NCBI GenBank assembly: GCA_001275005.1
Contig: JWZX01003389.1
Span: 1 to 47,873, forward strand
Reading direction: 5' to 3'
DNA: 47,873 nucleotides
From: Chrysochromulina tobinii
Taxonomy: Eukaryota
A model generated the notes under the pieces. That model did not search any database and was not told the DNA's origin. It saw nothing but the letters and a program-made list of their open reading frames with translations. Of this stretch, positions 31,773 through 42,527 are shown piece by piece (the first letter of the stretch is position 1; every line of letters starts with the position of its first letter). A program made the translations under genes and the position numbers.

Positions 31773-32978
31773 TCAAGGCTTCCACTGCACGCGGTACGTG
31801 GCGAGCTCGGCGTGCTTGGACACGAGCGGCTCAGACGCGATGGTGAGCGGCTTTAGGTCGGGCAGAGCCTTGGTGCGCAGCTGCTTCCGACCCAGAGGGC
31901 ACTCAGCAAGATTCGAGATGCATTTGAGCGCATTCGTGGTCAGTGTCGAGCTCGCGTTTGTCATGAGCTGTTTGGCCTCGGCGTCGTGTGAAGCATGCAC
32001 GATGTCGCTGAGGGGTGCGATCGCGCCGAGCTTCACGGCCTCCTCCTTGGACTCGGTATGCGCCGTGATGCTCATCAGCGCACCGGCTGCCTCCGTGGCT
32101 ACCCGATGCAACGCTTCCGGGTCGGTGTCAATGCCGTAGGTGGCCGCGGGTGTGAGCATGCTCACGAGGACGCGAAGCACGCCCTGAGAGACAGCGAGCA
32201 TCTTCTGCTCGGGCCCGAGGGTCAGCGTGCGCAGCAGCGCGAACCCGTGCTCGCACACCGCCGGGATAGGCTGCTCAAGCTGGTACTTGCCATCGACAAG
32301 TCCGCAGACCGTCTCGATCGCGCCGCCCTTGATCGCCTGCTCGAGCCCGGCGGCCTCTGTGTCGGTGACCATCGTGAGGGCAGCCAGCACGGCGGCAAGC
32401 TGGTCGGCGAGTTTCTCCTCTGAGCAGCGGCGCACGAAGACCGCCACGCAGCCCCCCGCGATCAGCGCCCGCGCGCCATCACGGAAGCGTGAGAGCTGCA
32501 GGCACACGGCCAAAGCGTTCGCACGCACCACCGGCTCAGGGTCGCACACGAGACGCAGCAGTGCGCCCACCGTGGCCGATCCTTGGGCGAGGATGGCCCC
32601 GCGACCGTTGAGGTCCTTGGCGAGCGGCAGCAGCGCGGCGGTGGCGAAGGTTCGCGACTCGATGCAGTGCTGCAGCTCGGCACTCTTCGTGAGCGCCGCA
32701 ACGATGCCCACTGGCACGAGAGAGCTGACCTCCCGTGCGCCCCGCAGCATCTCCAAAATGTGGGCCAGTGCCTTCCGGCGCAGCTCATCGTCGCTGCTCG
32801 TAGCCTGATTTACAAGCTTGGGGTACTGGAATGTGCCGTATGCTAGGCCTAGCTCGTCGGGCGGAAAGGGCTCCTTTCGGACTTGCTGCGAGGTAAAAAG
32901 CTGGCTATTGGCCAAGAAGCCCTTGGACTCGGGTGGCGTGTAAGGCAGGCCCTGCCGCTTTCTGATTACCGAGTGCAT
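31773..32978 (-). CDS. RSPH14: Radial spoke head protein 14 homolog (armadillo repeats)
   Basis: N-terminal AYG...PKL...SSDDELRRKAL, ARM repeats, NALKCISNLAECPLGRKQL and terminal VQWKP resemble RSPH14/RTDR1 from memory. Confidence 0.75.
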   Translation of the reverse strand: MHSVIRKRQGLPYTPPESKGFLANSQLFTSQQVRKEPFPPDELGLAYGTFQYPKLVNQATSSDDELRRKALAHILEMLRGAREVSSLVPVGIVAALTKSAELQHCIESRTFATAALLPLAKDLNGRGAILAQGSATVGALLRLVCDPEPVVRANALAVCLQLSRFRDGARALIAGGCVAVFVRRCSEEKLADQLAAVLAALTMVTDTEAAGLEQAIKGGAIETVCGLVDGKYQLEQPIPAVCEHGFALLRTLTLGPEQKMLAVSQGVLRVLVSMLTPAATYGIDTDPEALHRVATEAAGALMSITAHTESKEEAVKLGAIAPLSDIVHASHDAEAKQLMTNASSTLTTNALKCISNLAECPLGRKQLRTKALPDLKPLTIASEPLVSKHAELATYRVQWKP

Positions 32979-33246
32979 GGCTGGTGAGGCGGCGAGCCGG
33001 CCGGGACGTGCCTGGAGCCGGTAGGATCCTTCGTGAGTTGCTCCAACGCCCGAGTCTTTTCCGTTCAGTCGTTTCCGTTGCGTGAATTCCACGCGGAGTG
33101 GCCCGACCAAACTCAGCCACGTCTCAAATATTAAGGCAGGTTTAGGGCGAGTTTGCCTGAGAGCAACCGTGTGCCACAAGTTTTGATCGTTACGTTGCGA
33201 TGGATCTTTGCGTGATCGAGACTCTCGCGCAGTCTCCGACGTTCCG

Positions 33247-34422
33247 ATGCCGACGCTCTCGGGATGCAACTTGGAGCTCGTGAAGCGTCCACCGGATGGC
33301 GCGAGCTTCTTCTGGTCGGTCGGCACCTGCACCGGCAAGTTTGAGCGGCGCTCATTCGATTTGCTGGGCCATGGCGCCCAGAACGACACGCCGATGGGGA
33401 AGGAGTGGCATCCGAAGACCGGCGCGCTGCTCTCTAGAATGCGTGCCGATCGCTACGCCGTCTGTGATTGGCTCCTGGACCCTGCAAACGCGTTCACGCT
33501 TCGCCACGAGAGGAATTTGCATACTGGGGGCTCGATCTCCGCCGACAAGGTGAGCCTGTTCCGAGCTGACACGGAGTCGGCCGGCCGCGCGCACATCAAG
33601 GCGTGGGCCGCGCTCAACGGCGTGGATGTCGTGGCGCTCACGATGCAGGGGAGCTCGCTTGACCGGTTCGAGGAAGACGTGACCATCTACCGCGCCACCG
33701 GCGCGGAGGTGCTGGTATCCGGTAAGTTCGCGAAGGACGTGCAGCCGCGGCTTGACGCGCTGCGTGCCGGCATGCCGACGGCGCCGTTCGTGCTCGTGCG
33801 CTTCGAGGCCGACCACTTTGACGCGATTCTCGACCTGGTGGCGCACCCGAGTTCCCAAGGGGTTCCCGCCTCGCCGTCCATGCGCCATCTGCGGCCGATG
33901 CTCGTCTGTCCGACTGCGACGCGTGGAACCTGCGCGGGGCCGGTGACTGTCTCTCGCTTCCATACCTCACCTCCGCCGACGCCCAGCCCTGACTTCATGG
34001 CGAGCGTGATGAACAGCCAGAGGAAGCTTCGGACTCTCCAGCAGTCGCACTCAAAGGAAGCGCGGCTGCTCTCGCCGGTGGCCACGTGCAGGCCTCTTGT
34101 CGGGCGCGATGCGTCAGGGCGGCTCTGCGTGTTCCCACAGTCTGCCGTGGTGCCTCCTGGCGCGTTCGCTGAGACGCACCTGCACGGCGGCCGCGGCGGC
34201 TACCGCGGCGGCGGAATAGAAGACATGTCGAGCCAGCCCGGGCCGGGCGGCTGGGAGCGCTCCACCTCGTTTGGCGACGGTTTCTCGTCCTCGCAGCGCG
34301 GGCTGCCGCCAAGGACGCTGCGCATGGGGCCGGGGCCAGAACAGTCGATGCCACATACGAACCACTCCCTCTCCTCGTCGGGGTACTCGCTCAGTCAGCG
34401 AACGTGGCCGACGGTGGTATGA
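33247..34422 (+). CDS. Hypothetical protein (globular N-terminal half, disordered tail)
   Basis: 391-aa reading frame with coding-like codon bias, divergent from RSPH14; no family recognised. Confidence 0.6.
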   Translation: MPTLSGCNLELVKRPPDGASFFWSVGTCTGKFERRSFDLLGHGAQNDTPMGKEWHPKTGALLSRMRADRYAVCDWLLDPANAFTLRHERNLHTGGSISADKVSLFRADTESAGRAHIKAWAALNGVDVVALTMQGSSLDRFEEDVTIYRATGAEVLVSGKFAKDVQPRLDALRAGMPTAPFVLVRFEADHFDAILDLVAHPSSQGVPASPSMRHLRPMLVCPTATRGTCAGPVTVSRFHTSPPPTPSPDFMASVMNSQRKLRTLQQSHSKEARLLSPVATCRPLVGRDASGRLCVFPQSAVVPPGAFAETHLHGGRGGYRGGGIEDMSSQPGPGGWERSTSFGDGFSSSQRGLPPRTLRMGPGPEQSMPHTNHSLSSSGYSLSQRTWPTVV

Positions 34423-34997
34423 TGCTGCTGCTGCTGATGCTGCCGCACGAACACACGACTTATGCGCTACGACTTCTTAGGGCTTGCGAGTGGTCCTTTG
34501 CCGTTGAGCGAGCGGCGGAAAACATTGTATTGCAGATAATGGGGCGCGGACTGACGGAGAGAGCGCGCGGCCACGGGTCAGCGGACAGCGCCTTGCGTGT
34601 TGCCTGAAGAGAGACTGCTGGAGAGATGGTGATGGAGACTTGGAGAGAGACGCGCTTGCACATGTTGCGAACGCGTGAGGGAGGTGGAGATGTAGTCCTG
34701 TAGATACACTTGTGTCAACAGAGGTCAGCGCATCAGCGTCTCAGAAGAAGGGTCTCAGGCTGGTCATACTGTGGGTGTAAGAGGAAGATCGGTTAGTATG
34801 CACGTCTCGCGTGGTGTGTCGGTTTCGTCTCAACGTGGGACAAAACCACTGCGAAAAAACCACATCACCTTGGTCCTTGCAATTTTCCGCGCACACGCTT
34901 GGGGTGACCGTGGACGGTGCCCTGGCCGCAGCTCAAACAAAAGGAATCGGGAGAGAGTTACCTCTACCTCATAAAGGCAAATTCCTGTGGGCCGACG

Positions 34998-36588
34998 ATG
35001 GCCTACGAAGCAGAAGCAGTGGATTTGGCGCCAGGACGAGGAGAGCCGGATGAGGTGGCGGTGGACCCTGCTGCTGCCCAGCGGCCAAACATGATGATAA
35101 TGTCGCTTTCGATTGGCGAGGCATCGGCACCCGATAGCACGCCGGTTCCAGAGTCGCTCGTCCACGAGACCGTTGCGCAGCTCGAACACGAGGAGGCGGC
35201 GAGAATGCATGCTGCGAAGGAAGCTGCCGCTGCCATCGTAGCGGCTCCAACGGGAACTGAAGAGCAGGCTAGAGCTCATGCGAAGCATGCAGATCAGCCA
35301 TCGGTGCAAGGCAGCAGCGTGGGGGAGATGGGAAGATCAGCTGACGTCCACGTCCGACCTGCCAACGGCCCCTTTGGCCGCTGCATGAGGTGTCGCGGAG
35401 TTGCTCTCGAGCACGGACAGAGCCCTAAGGTAAGCCCTAAGGAGGCAGTGGCCACATCGTGGGTGGATCAGAGCAAGACCGCCATAGAGGCGGCCATGCT
35501 GCGCATTCAGCTGCGACCCATCTTTGATAAGTTCGATGCCAACTCCTCTGGCACCGTGTCGACGACGGAGCTCGCAGAGATGTGCAAGGCCATTGGTATG
35601 AATCTTACCCCTGAAGAGCTCCAGGCGATCGTGAACGATGCCGACCCCGACAACTCGGGTGAGATTGACTTCAACGAATTCGTCGCGACCCTTGTGCGGC
35701 AGCAGAAAGAGGCAGCTGCGAATGGTGGCAAGCCCAAGGTGAACCTGAGCAGTGTCGTCTCGACTGCTGGCATGGTGTTTGGATGGATCACAAATCCAAG
35801 GGCGGTGTTGGCAGCCGTCTTGGATGACATCCACGTCCCATCGGCATGGGTCGGCGCGTCGAGCAAGCCAGCTGCAGCGTCAGCTCCTACGGTGGCCCCG
35901 GCAGCACCCGAGGGCGAGGCCCCGGCAGCGTCCGAGGCCACGGCGCCCGAGCCGGGCGTATTCTCGAAATTCTACGAGGGCCGAAGGGGCAAAATCGTAG
36001 CCTCGTATCACGGTCTGGCGCCGCCGCCTGACAAGCGGAGGGACCGCAAGCAGACGGCGCACACGGAGCGTCTCCTTTCGCCGGAGGACAAGCAGGCACG
36101 CGAGCGTGGCTGGAATCCTCAGCGATATTACAACGTCCCACCCGTTCTCAAGGGGGTCAACATCGTCAAAGAAGAGCCGTGGACGATCGACGCAGATCGC
36201 TACCTCAATCTCGAATTGCAAAGTGACTACGTCGAGCGGCGAAAGCCGTACCGCAAGTCCAACCACGAGGTCTACATGGACGCTTGCAAGCTGCGCGAGG
36301 ACCACGCCCCCCCCGGCCAAGCCAGAGTGGGACTCGCAGACTTGGGCCCCAGTGCCGGCGTCGCTTCGCGGGATCCGCGTGCATGGGACGGCGGCAGGGC
36401 GGGAACCATGGGCGCGCGATGCAGAGCGCGAATGGCTGCACGTCGTCGACAACCCGTACCTCGAACGCGAGAAACTCGCAGCGCTGATGGGGAAGCGGGC
36501 CCTCCAGTACGTTCCTGTGGACGAGGCTGTATACGAGGCCAACATGCTCGCGCTCCAGTGGGCCCATCAGCTGGCGCACTCTGCGTGA
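34998..36588 (+). CDS. EF-hand (calmodulin-like pair) protein; apparent frameshift in C8 run at 36307-36314
   Basis: DANSSGTVSTTE and DPDNSGEIDFNE loops; the C-terminus continues in ORF 36106..36588 if one C is removed. Confidence 0.75.
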
Positions 36589-37222
36589 GTGATAGGCTCG
36601 GTATCCATACTAGGTCCGACCGTGATCTGTGACCGTAACATGAATCCGTGTTGGACGAGACCAGTTTTAGGAGCTACAGCTAGGTCTCAGCCCCTTTGCC
36701 GCTTTCGCCCTTTCCCGTTTCCGCATGGGGTTTCCGCCGGCGGGGGCGGGGGGCCTCCTTAACTCCTTTACCTTACCTTTTCGCATATTTAACTTTCCGC
36801 CTACGGGTGTTCGGGTCGTGTCTTGCAAGTCGTGTCCAAACTTGGTCCAAACTCGTCCAGTCTGTCGTGTGTCCGGCCAATTGTTGCTTGTATTCTCAGC
36901 TAATTCTCGAGAGGCGGTGCCCGTGGTTCGCGCTCTCTTGATACGTGACTCGACGTAACGACTAACGACCGCTCACGAACTCACAGTCTCACACTGCGTG
37001 TTTGAGATTGTATGTAGTATGAGATTGGAAATTGGAGCGGTGCGGTGCCGGTGGACTCGCTCTCTGCGCACTTTTTCAGAGAAGCTCCATGAATAGAACA
37101 ACCACGAATTACGTCACTTCACTTGGTCAATTTGTTGAGCGCTGGCGCCTTGATGAGCAAATTGATCTTTCGACGGTGCCGGTTTTCTTCGGAGCGCTCG
37201 GGCCCGGCCGATTGAAAAACAA

Positions 37223-38356
37223 ATGGAGGTTGAGGACGCCTCGGTGACGCAGCTAGAGGCTGCCATCGCGGAGTCGTTGGAGGACGTCGTTCGTCGTGCT
37301 GAGCAGTTACAGCAGCATCTCGTCGACTTGCCCGGTCCTTCGCGCCTCATCAAGCCCGGAGACGTTGGCAGCCCAGAGCGCCTGCGAGCGCTCGCTCTGG
37401 GGACCCCGTACGAGCCGATGCGCGTCGCGAGTGCCGGAAGCACCTGCTATGGCGCTATATCTGGCGAGCTTGTCTATGATGAGCTCGCGGCGGAGCCTTA
37501 CGGCGACGATGATGGTGTGCGGTCTGAGGCCACGTGGATTGGACCAGAGTTGGCACATCGCGCAATCGCCAACTATCGAGGCGCACTACGGTATCCATCG
37601 GAGCAGCAGCTAAGGAAGCGCGCCGGCGACGAGGCGCTCGATGACGGCGGGCGCGGCGACAAGCGCTTCGCCCTCCTCGTATCCCAGGCAGATGCAGCGA
37701 CCGCACGGGCGAACGCTGCATGCGACGTGCTCGAGCTCCTCATGCTGCGCACGCACGCCGTCGAGGGTGGCGGACGCGGCGGAAGGGCCTTCGGCGGCGG
37801 TGCCTACGACGGCGGCGCCTACCGCGGCGGTGCTTTTGGTCGTGGCGCTGGCCGCCCGAGCGGCGGCGAGCGCAGTGCAGCGTGGATTTCGCAGTGCGAG
37901 GCCTCGCTCCTGACCTGGGTGGACACGCAGAAGAAGCTGTGCGCCGAGAGCGACTTGCGCGCGCTGCAGCTCGATGCGCAGCTGCGGGGCGAGCGCACCG
38001 ATGCTGCCGCCGCGCTCGAGCGTGAGCGTGGCCGTGCTGAGCGCGCAGAGGGCCGTTCTCGCCAGTTGGTCCACGAACTGCGTTGCGTTCACAAGGGGAT
38101 CGTCGACAGAGTCGAGGGCGCCACGGGCGGCTTCGCGCCGCCGCCACCGCCCGAATCGCCACCGCTCCCGAGCCAGAGCGCCCGCGCCCGGGCCGACCGG
38201 TGGGAACGTGAGCGCGAGGCGGCTGATGGAGCGGCCAAATCGGAACAGCATGTTGCCTTAGTGCGCAGGCAGACACTCGCCCATCAGCTGGCGCTGCCTC
38301 GGATGAGCGCCCAATTGTTTGCGGAAGCGTCGGCGCGGAGCAGGAACAGAGGATGA
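37223..38356 (+). CDS. Hypothetical coiled-coil protein
   Basis: 377-aa ORF with good ATG context (aaacaaATGG); helical E/R/A-rich segments and a Gly-rich insert. Confidence 0.6.
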   Translation: MEVEDASVTQLEAAIAESLEDVVRRAEQLQQHLVDLPGPSRLIKPGDVGSPERLRALALGTPYEPMRVASAGSTCYGAISGELVYDELAAEPYGDDDGVRSEATWIGPELAHRAIANYRGALRYPSEQQLRKRAGDEALDDGGRGDKRFALLVSQADAATARANAACDVLELLMLRTHAVEGGGRGGRAFGGGAYDGGAYRGGAFGRGAGRPSGGERSAAWISQCEASLLTWVDTQKKLCAESDLRALQLDAQLRGERTDAAAALERERGRAERAEGRSRQLVHELRCVHKGIVDRVEGATGGFAPPPPPESPPLPSQSARARADRWEREREAADGAAKSEQHVALVRRQTLAHQLALPRMSAQLFAEASARSRNRG

Positions 38357-38947
38357 CGTAATGACGTATTAAAGAGAGGTGGACCCGGATGTCGGATGGT
38401 GCCAAGTTGGTAGTGTTAACAAGTCACAAATTGACAAGTCACCTCAAACGCCGTCAAGCCTCAAGCTCAACGTCAACCGCTCTCCTCAAGTGCGTAAGCT
38501 GTGAAACACCTATAAGTGCCAAGACGCACACGCGGACGAGCTGACACGCCCAATAGCGCGCGCGCGCAGCGCTTGCGGGCGGCGCGGGAGTGCCTGCTGC
38601 CTGCGTGAGTGTGACGTACCCTAACGTACCCGTCGACCGACGACCGTGAACTCCCTTCAGAACTCCCGTGGTTGCGTGTATGCGTGAAGCCTCTCTTGGA
38701 GCGGTCGGTCTAACTCTCCTGCACTGCTCCTGCACTGCTCCTGCCGCGACCAAACCCTTCTCCACACTCGTCCGCTCTGCTTTTCTCTGTGCGACATTAC
38801 AGTACAGGAACGTTCACAGCTTCAAACAAAAAAACTGCCCATCGATGTGTTTTTGTTTCGCATCGAAAACAGCCCAAAACGCACTGGGGGTCGGCGCTTT
38901 CGACCCTCTCGCTGGAGGCGATAGCTGTGGAGGGTGGATCAGCGACT

Positions 38948-40867
38948 ATGGCAGAGCAGGGTGCCGATGCGGGAGGCGACTGGTGGAGTCAGCTCGTAAG
39001 GAACATCGGATTGGGAGGTGGCGACGATGGGGCTAACACACCCGCAGCCTCGGCAAGGGTGCCCGCAGCCGAGGCCACAGCGTCACAGTCGGCGGCTGCA
39101 TCCGCGCTCGCTGTCGACCCCGGTGATGCAAGACCATCAGCTGGGGGGTTTGACGTGGAGTATGACGGTGACGAGGGGGACGACACGTGCGGCCCGTTGC
39201 CCATGAGCTCTGCAGTCCGCCCTCCGAGCAAGCCGATGCTCAACGTGGCGGGCATGCATGGGTCAGGCTCACAGGAAGGGGGGCCCTTATCGTCGCGCTC
39301 ACTATTCTCGAGCCTCGCGAGCCTCTTCACGCCGCGCACCGCGCGCCACGAGATCGGGCGCGCGCCGCTCGCACGCGTCATCCAGGCACTCAAAGAGGAC
39401 CGCCCTGACGAAGAGATCGCTGACGCGGGCCGTCGGCTGCTCGAGCTGTGCCCGAAGTACGACAAGGTGGCGCGTGCCACGTCCCACGGCGCGCTCGATG
39501 CGATCGCGTTTGCCCTGCGAGTACATGGCGCGAAGCCGCACGTTGTGGTGTGGCTGCTGCCTCCGCTGATCAACCTCTCGTCAGGTGACGACGACGCGGG
39601 GTTCCATCGCGCGGCGGTGCTCGTGAACCACGGCGTGCTCGAGATACTGGACGCGGTGCTGCGCGCGAATGTGAAGCATGCCACGGATGTGTCAAAAGGG
39701 GTCGCCACCGAGCCGCAGGATGTCGAGATGCGAGCTCAGGTGGTCGAGCGATGCGTGTGGGCCTTGCAGCACCTGTGCCGCCGAGAATTCAACCTCGGTG
39801 AGGCCACGATAGACGCGGTGCCCTCCGAGCGGCGGCTCTCGGCGTGCAGGGAGTGGCGGCGCCGAATCGCCACCGCGGGTACCGTTCAAGTCGTGTGCGA
39901 CGTGATGACGGCTTGGCCTGTGCGTCCGAAGGTACAGCTTCACGGGTGTAACCTCCTCGGCACGTACGTCTCTGGCCGTTACGTGACGCATGCGATGACG
40001 CCGGCGAGTGAGGCGTACCACCCGCCGCCGGATATGTGCCGGTGCGTCGACTTGGTCGTGGCTGCGCTCCACTACGCCGTGAATAACTTTGGGGCCGATT
40101 CCCCGGTCCTGGGCGCGGCTATCCACGCGTGTGCCGACACGACGCTCACGCCTGGGCTGGCCGCACACGCCGTGGCGGGCAAGTCGATTGTGGAGGACCT
40201 GGCGACGACGATGGAGCTCAACCCGACGTCGGCGCTGCTGCAGGAGGGGTGCTGCTGGGCCATGCACAACCTATGCCAGTGCGCGAATCGCGAGCTGCGC
40301 GAGATTGTGGCCTCGTCGGCGCTGCCGAAACTGGCTGTGCGCGCACTCAAGGGGCAGGGGTGCACAGGCAACCTGGCGGCGATGCGCGAGAAGGCGTGCC
40401 GTGCGATGGACGTGCTTGTCAAGCCGATGCCACTGCCCGGTTACGCCGCGGACGATCGCGACGAGACCCTGACGCAGAACATCAAAGACTTTTTGAGCCG
40501 TGAGGATGTGTTCCGGGCGACGGTCGTGGCGCTCAAGGCGCACAAGAAGCTCGTCTCCATGGTGGTGCACACATGTGACTTGCTCGCGTCGCTCTGCTAT
40601 GGCAACGACCCGTACGACGAGCTCAAGAAGAAGGCGTACGCCCATGGCGTCATCCCGGCGATTGTCAACGTGCTGCGCAAGAACCTTAAGGTGCCCGAGG
40701 TTCAGGACGCTGGCCGGCGCGCCCTGATCGTCATCTGCTACACCCAGGAGCTGCAGTGGGCGGCGCTGCAAGCGGGCGCTGATCCGGACTGGTCCCCCCG
40801 CGGCCCGAGGCAGACCGAGGGTCAGGATAGCCGTCGAGCGGGTCAGCCCGTGGTGCAGGTCCTATGA
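38948..40867 (+). CDS. Armadillo-type repeat protein
   Basis: Repeats such as VQLHGCNLL, LQEGCCWAMHNLC, GVIPAIVNVLRKN...VQDAGRRAL; disordered N-terminus. Confidence 0.75.
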   Translation: MAEQGADAGGDWWSQLVRNIGLGGGDDGANTPAASARVPAAEATASQSAAASALAVDPGDARPSAGGFDVEYDGDEGDDTCGPLPMSSAVRPPSKPMLNVAGMHGSGSQEGGPLSSRSLFSSLASLFTPRTARHEIGRAPLARVIQALKEDRPDEEIADAGRRLLELCPKYDKVARATSHGALDAIAFALRVHGAKPHVVVWLLPPLINLSSGDDDAGFHRAAVLVNHGVLEILDAVLRANVKHATDVSKGVATEPQDVEMRAQVVERCVWALQHLCRREFNLGEATIDAVPSERRLSACREWRRRIATAGTVQVVCDVMTAWPVRPKVQLHGCNLLGTYVSGRYVTHAMTPASEAYHPPPDMCRCVDLVVAALHYAVNNFGADSPVLGAAIHACADTTLTPGLAAHAVAGKSIVEDLATTMELNPTSALLQEGCCWAMHNLCQCANRELREIVASSALPKLAVRALKGQGCTGNLAAMREKACRAMDVLVKPMPLPGYAADDRDETLTQNIKDFLSREDVFRATVVALKAHKKLVSMVVHTCDLLASLCYGNDPYDELKKKAYAHGVIPAIVNVLRKNLKVPEVQDAGRRALIVICYTQELQWAALQAGADPDWSPRGPRQTEGQDSRRAGQPVVQVL

Positions 40868-40897
40868 GTCGTCACAGGGGTGCCACAGGCGTGCCAC

Positions 40898-40933
<36 letters not shown>

Positions 40934-40947
40934 GGCGGCGGCGGCGG
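40898..40947 (+). repeat. (GGC)n microsatellite in the 3' region of the ARM gene
   Basis: Run of ggc triplets with one interruption. Confidence 0.95.
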
Positions 40948-41528
40948 TGCGGCAGGCAGGCAGGCAGGCTTCGGTGGCGGTGCCAGTGGGTAGCGCTGCC
41001 AGTGGTCTCCATAGGACAGCGGCCGAGCTAAAGGCATGCGAGAGGCATGTGGGAGCCGGGATGATGACACGGCACATGGGCGTGAAGAGATGTCGGCCGG
41101 AGGATCCTCCGGCCGTAGCTGGCAGCCGGCTTAGCCCATGGAGGGCGTGCTGTGGAGCCTGCACAGGGCAGTTGAGATATGGCGTCCCACGCCATGGGAT
41201 TTGCCATTTGAGCGTGTGGGGCATGCTCTGCCAGGCATTGCTGCATGTGGCACACATGATATCAAAGATGAACTCATCCAATCGTTCGTGAGACGTGACT
41301 GTCGTGTGACGTGTGCGGCACGTTGGGGGACACGGAACTATGCGGGGATTCCGCGCGATACAAATTTACATGGCAATGCCTGACGACAATCATGATTCAG
41401 CAATTCAGTAAACGTGAGGTCCGGCTTCCTTGAGGACGGGGGGGTGGAAACAAGTTTCGAGATTGTTCGCCTCATCAGCCAGAGCTCGTCGTCATTGAGA
41501 CATCACGCAAGTTTGGGAGAAAGCAACA

Positions 41529-42527
41529 ATGGAGCACGCGCGCCTCGCCCAGTGGTTCAACGAGCACGACCTCTTCGAGCTGCTGCCCGCTCATGGCAAG
41601 GTCGTCACCCTCGACGCCGACCTGCCGATGAAGCACGCCGTCGATGCGCTCGCATCGCACAGCGCGATGTGTCTGCCCGTTTGGGACAGCTACCAGCAGC
41701 GCTTCGTGGACGTGTTCACGTGCACCGACCTCGTCGACATCGTGCTGTACACGCACCGCGCGCTGGCCGGCAGCGCGGCCGCCGCGGCCGGCGGCGGCGC
41801 CGAGCAGCCGCACGGCGCTCCCCGGGGTGAGGCGCAGCAGGCGATCGAGCGCTGCCAGCTGCGCGATCTGCATGGGCTTAAGCGCAGTAAGCCCACGGGC
41901 TTCGTCATGGCGTCCGTCGACGACAGCCTTTACCATGGCTGCGCGATGCTCAGGCAGTATCGGCTCGATTGCCTGCCCCTGGGCGACTCCTCATCGTCCA
42001 CCTCTCTGCTGCACCTGCTGTTGCCCGAGCAGCTGCTCGCGTTCATCGTTGCGTCGCCCGAGCTACAGCAGGCTGCGCCGCTGCTCTTTGCCGCCAGCTT
42101 ACAGGAGGTCGTGCTGCCGCACTGCGCGCCGCCACGCACCGCCGGGCGTGCCCTACGCTTGTCAGATGCCCTCGCGATGCTCTCCGAGCGACAGCTTGTG
42201 CAAGCCCTGCCGATCGTTGACGAAACTGGCGCCCTCATCGATGTGCTCTCGAGCCGCGACGTGCGCCACCTCGCGTCGCACTCGCACACGGACGACCTCA
42301 CCACGCCCATCGAGCTCAGCCTACGCAGCTTGCCGCCCAGCCCGGTACGGCTGCACACGTGCCGCCCGACCGACACAGTCGGCTCGGCCATCAGTCGGCT
42401 AGCAAACGCCGACGTGGGCCAGCTCGTGTGCGTCGATAGCTCGGGCGCCGTGTGCGGCGTGATCTCGAGCAGCGACCTGCTCAGCTCCCTCCTCGAGCCC
42501 CATCTGCCCACGCGGGTCGAGGGCTGA
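41529..42527 (+). CDS. CBS-domain protein, AMPK gamma / SNF4-like
   Basis: ELLPAHGKVVTLDADLPMKHA, LPVWDSYQQRFVDVFTCTDLVDI, ALPIVDETG...LSSRDV, LVCVDSSGAVCGVISSSDLL. Confidence 0.85.
   Translation: MEHARLAQWFNEHDLFELLPAHGKVVTLDADLPMKHAVDALASHSAMCLPVWDSYQQRFVDVFTCTDLVDIVLYTHRALAGSAAAAAGGGAEQPHGAPRGEAQQAIERCQLRDLHGLKRSKPTGFVMASVDDSLYHGCAMLRQYRLDCLPLGDSSSSTSLLHLLLPEQLLAFIVASPELQQAAPLLFAASLQEVVLPHCAPPRTAGRALRLSDALAMLSERQLVQALPIVDETGALIDVLSSRDVRHLASHSHTDDLTTPIELSLRSLPPSPVRLHTCRPTDTVGSAISRLANADVGQLVCVDSSGAVCGVISSSDLLSSLLEPHLPTRVEG

Noticed and set aside
33150..33168. gtttgcctgagagcaac as an RFX X-box upstream of RSPH14
   Set aside because: Spacing deviates from the consensus, and RFX factors are not expected in this lineage.
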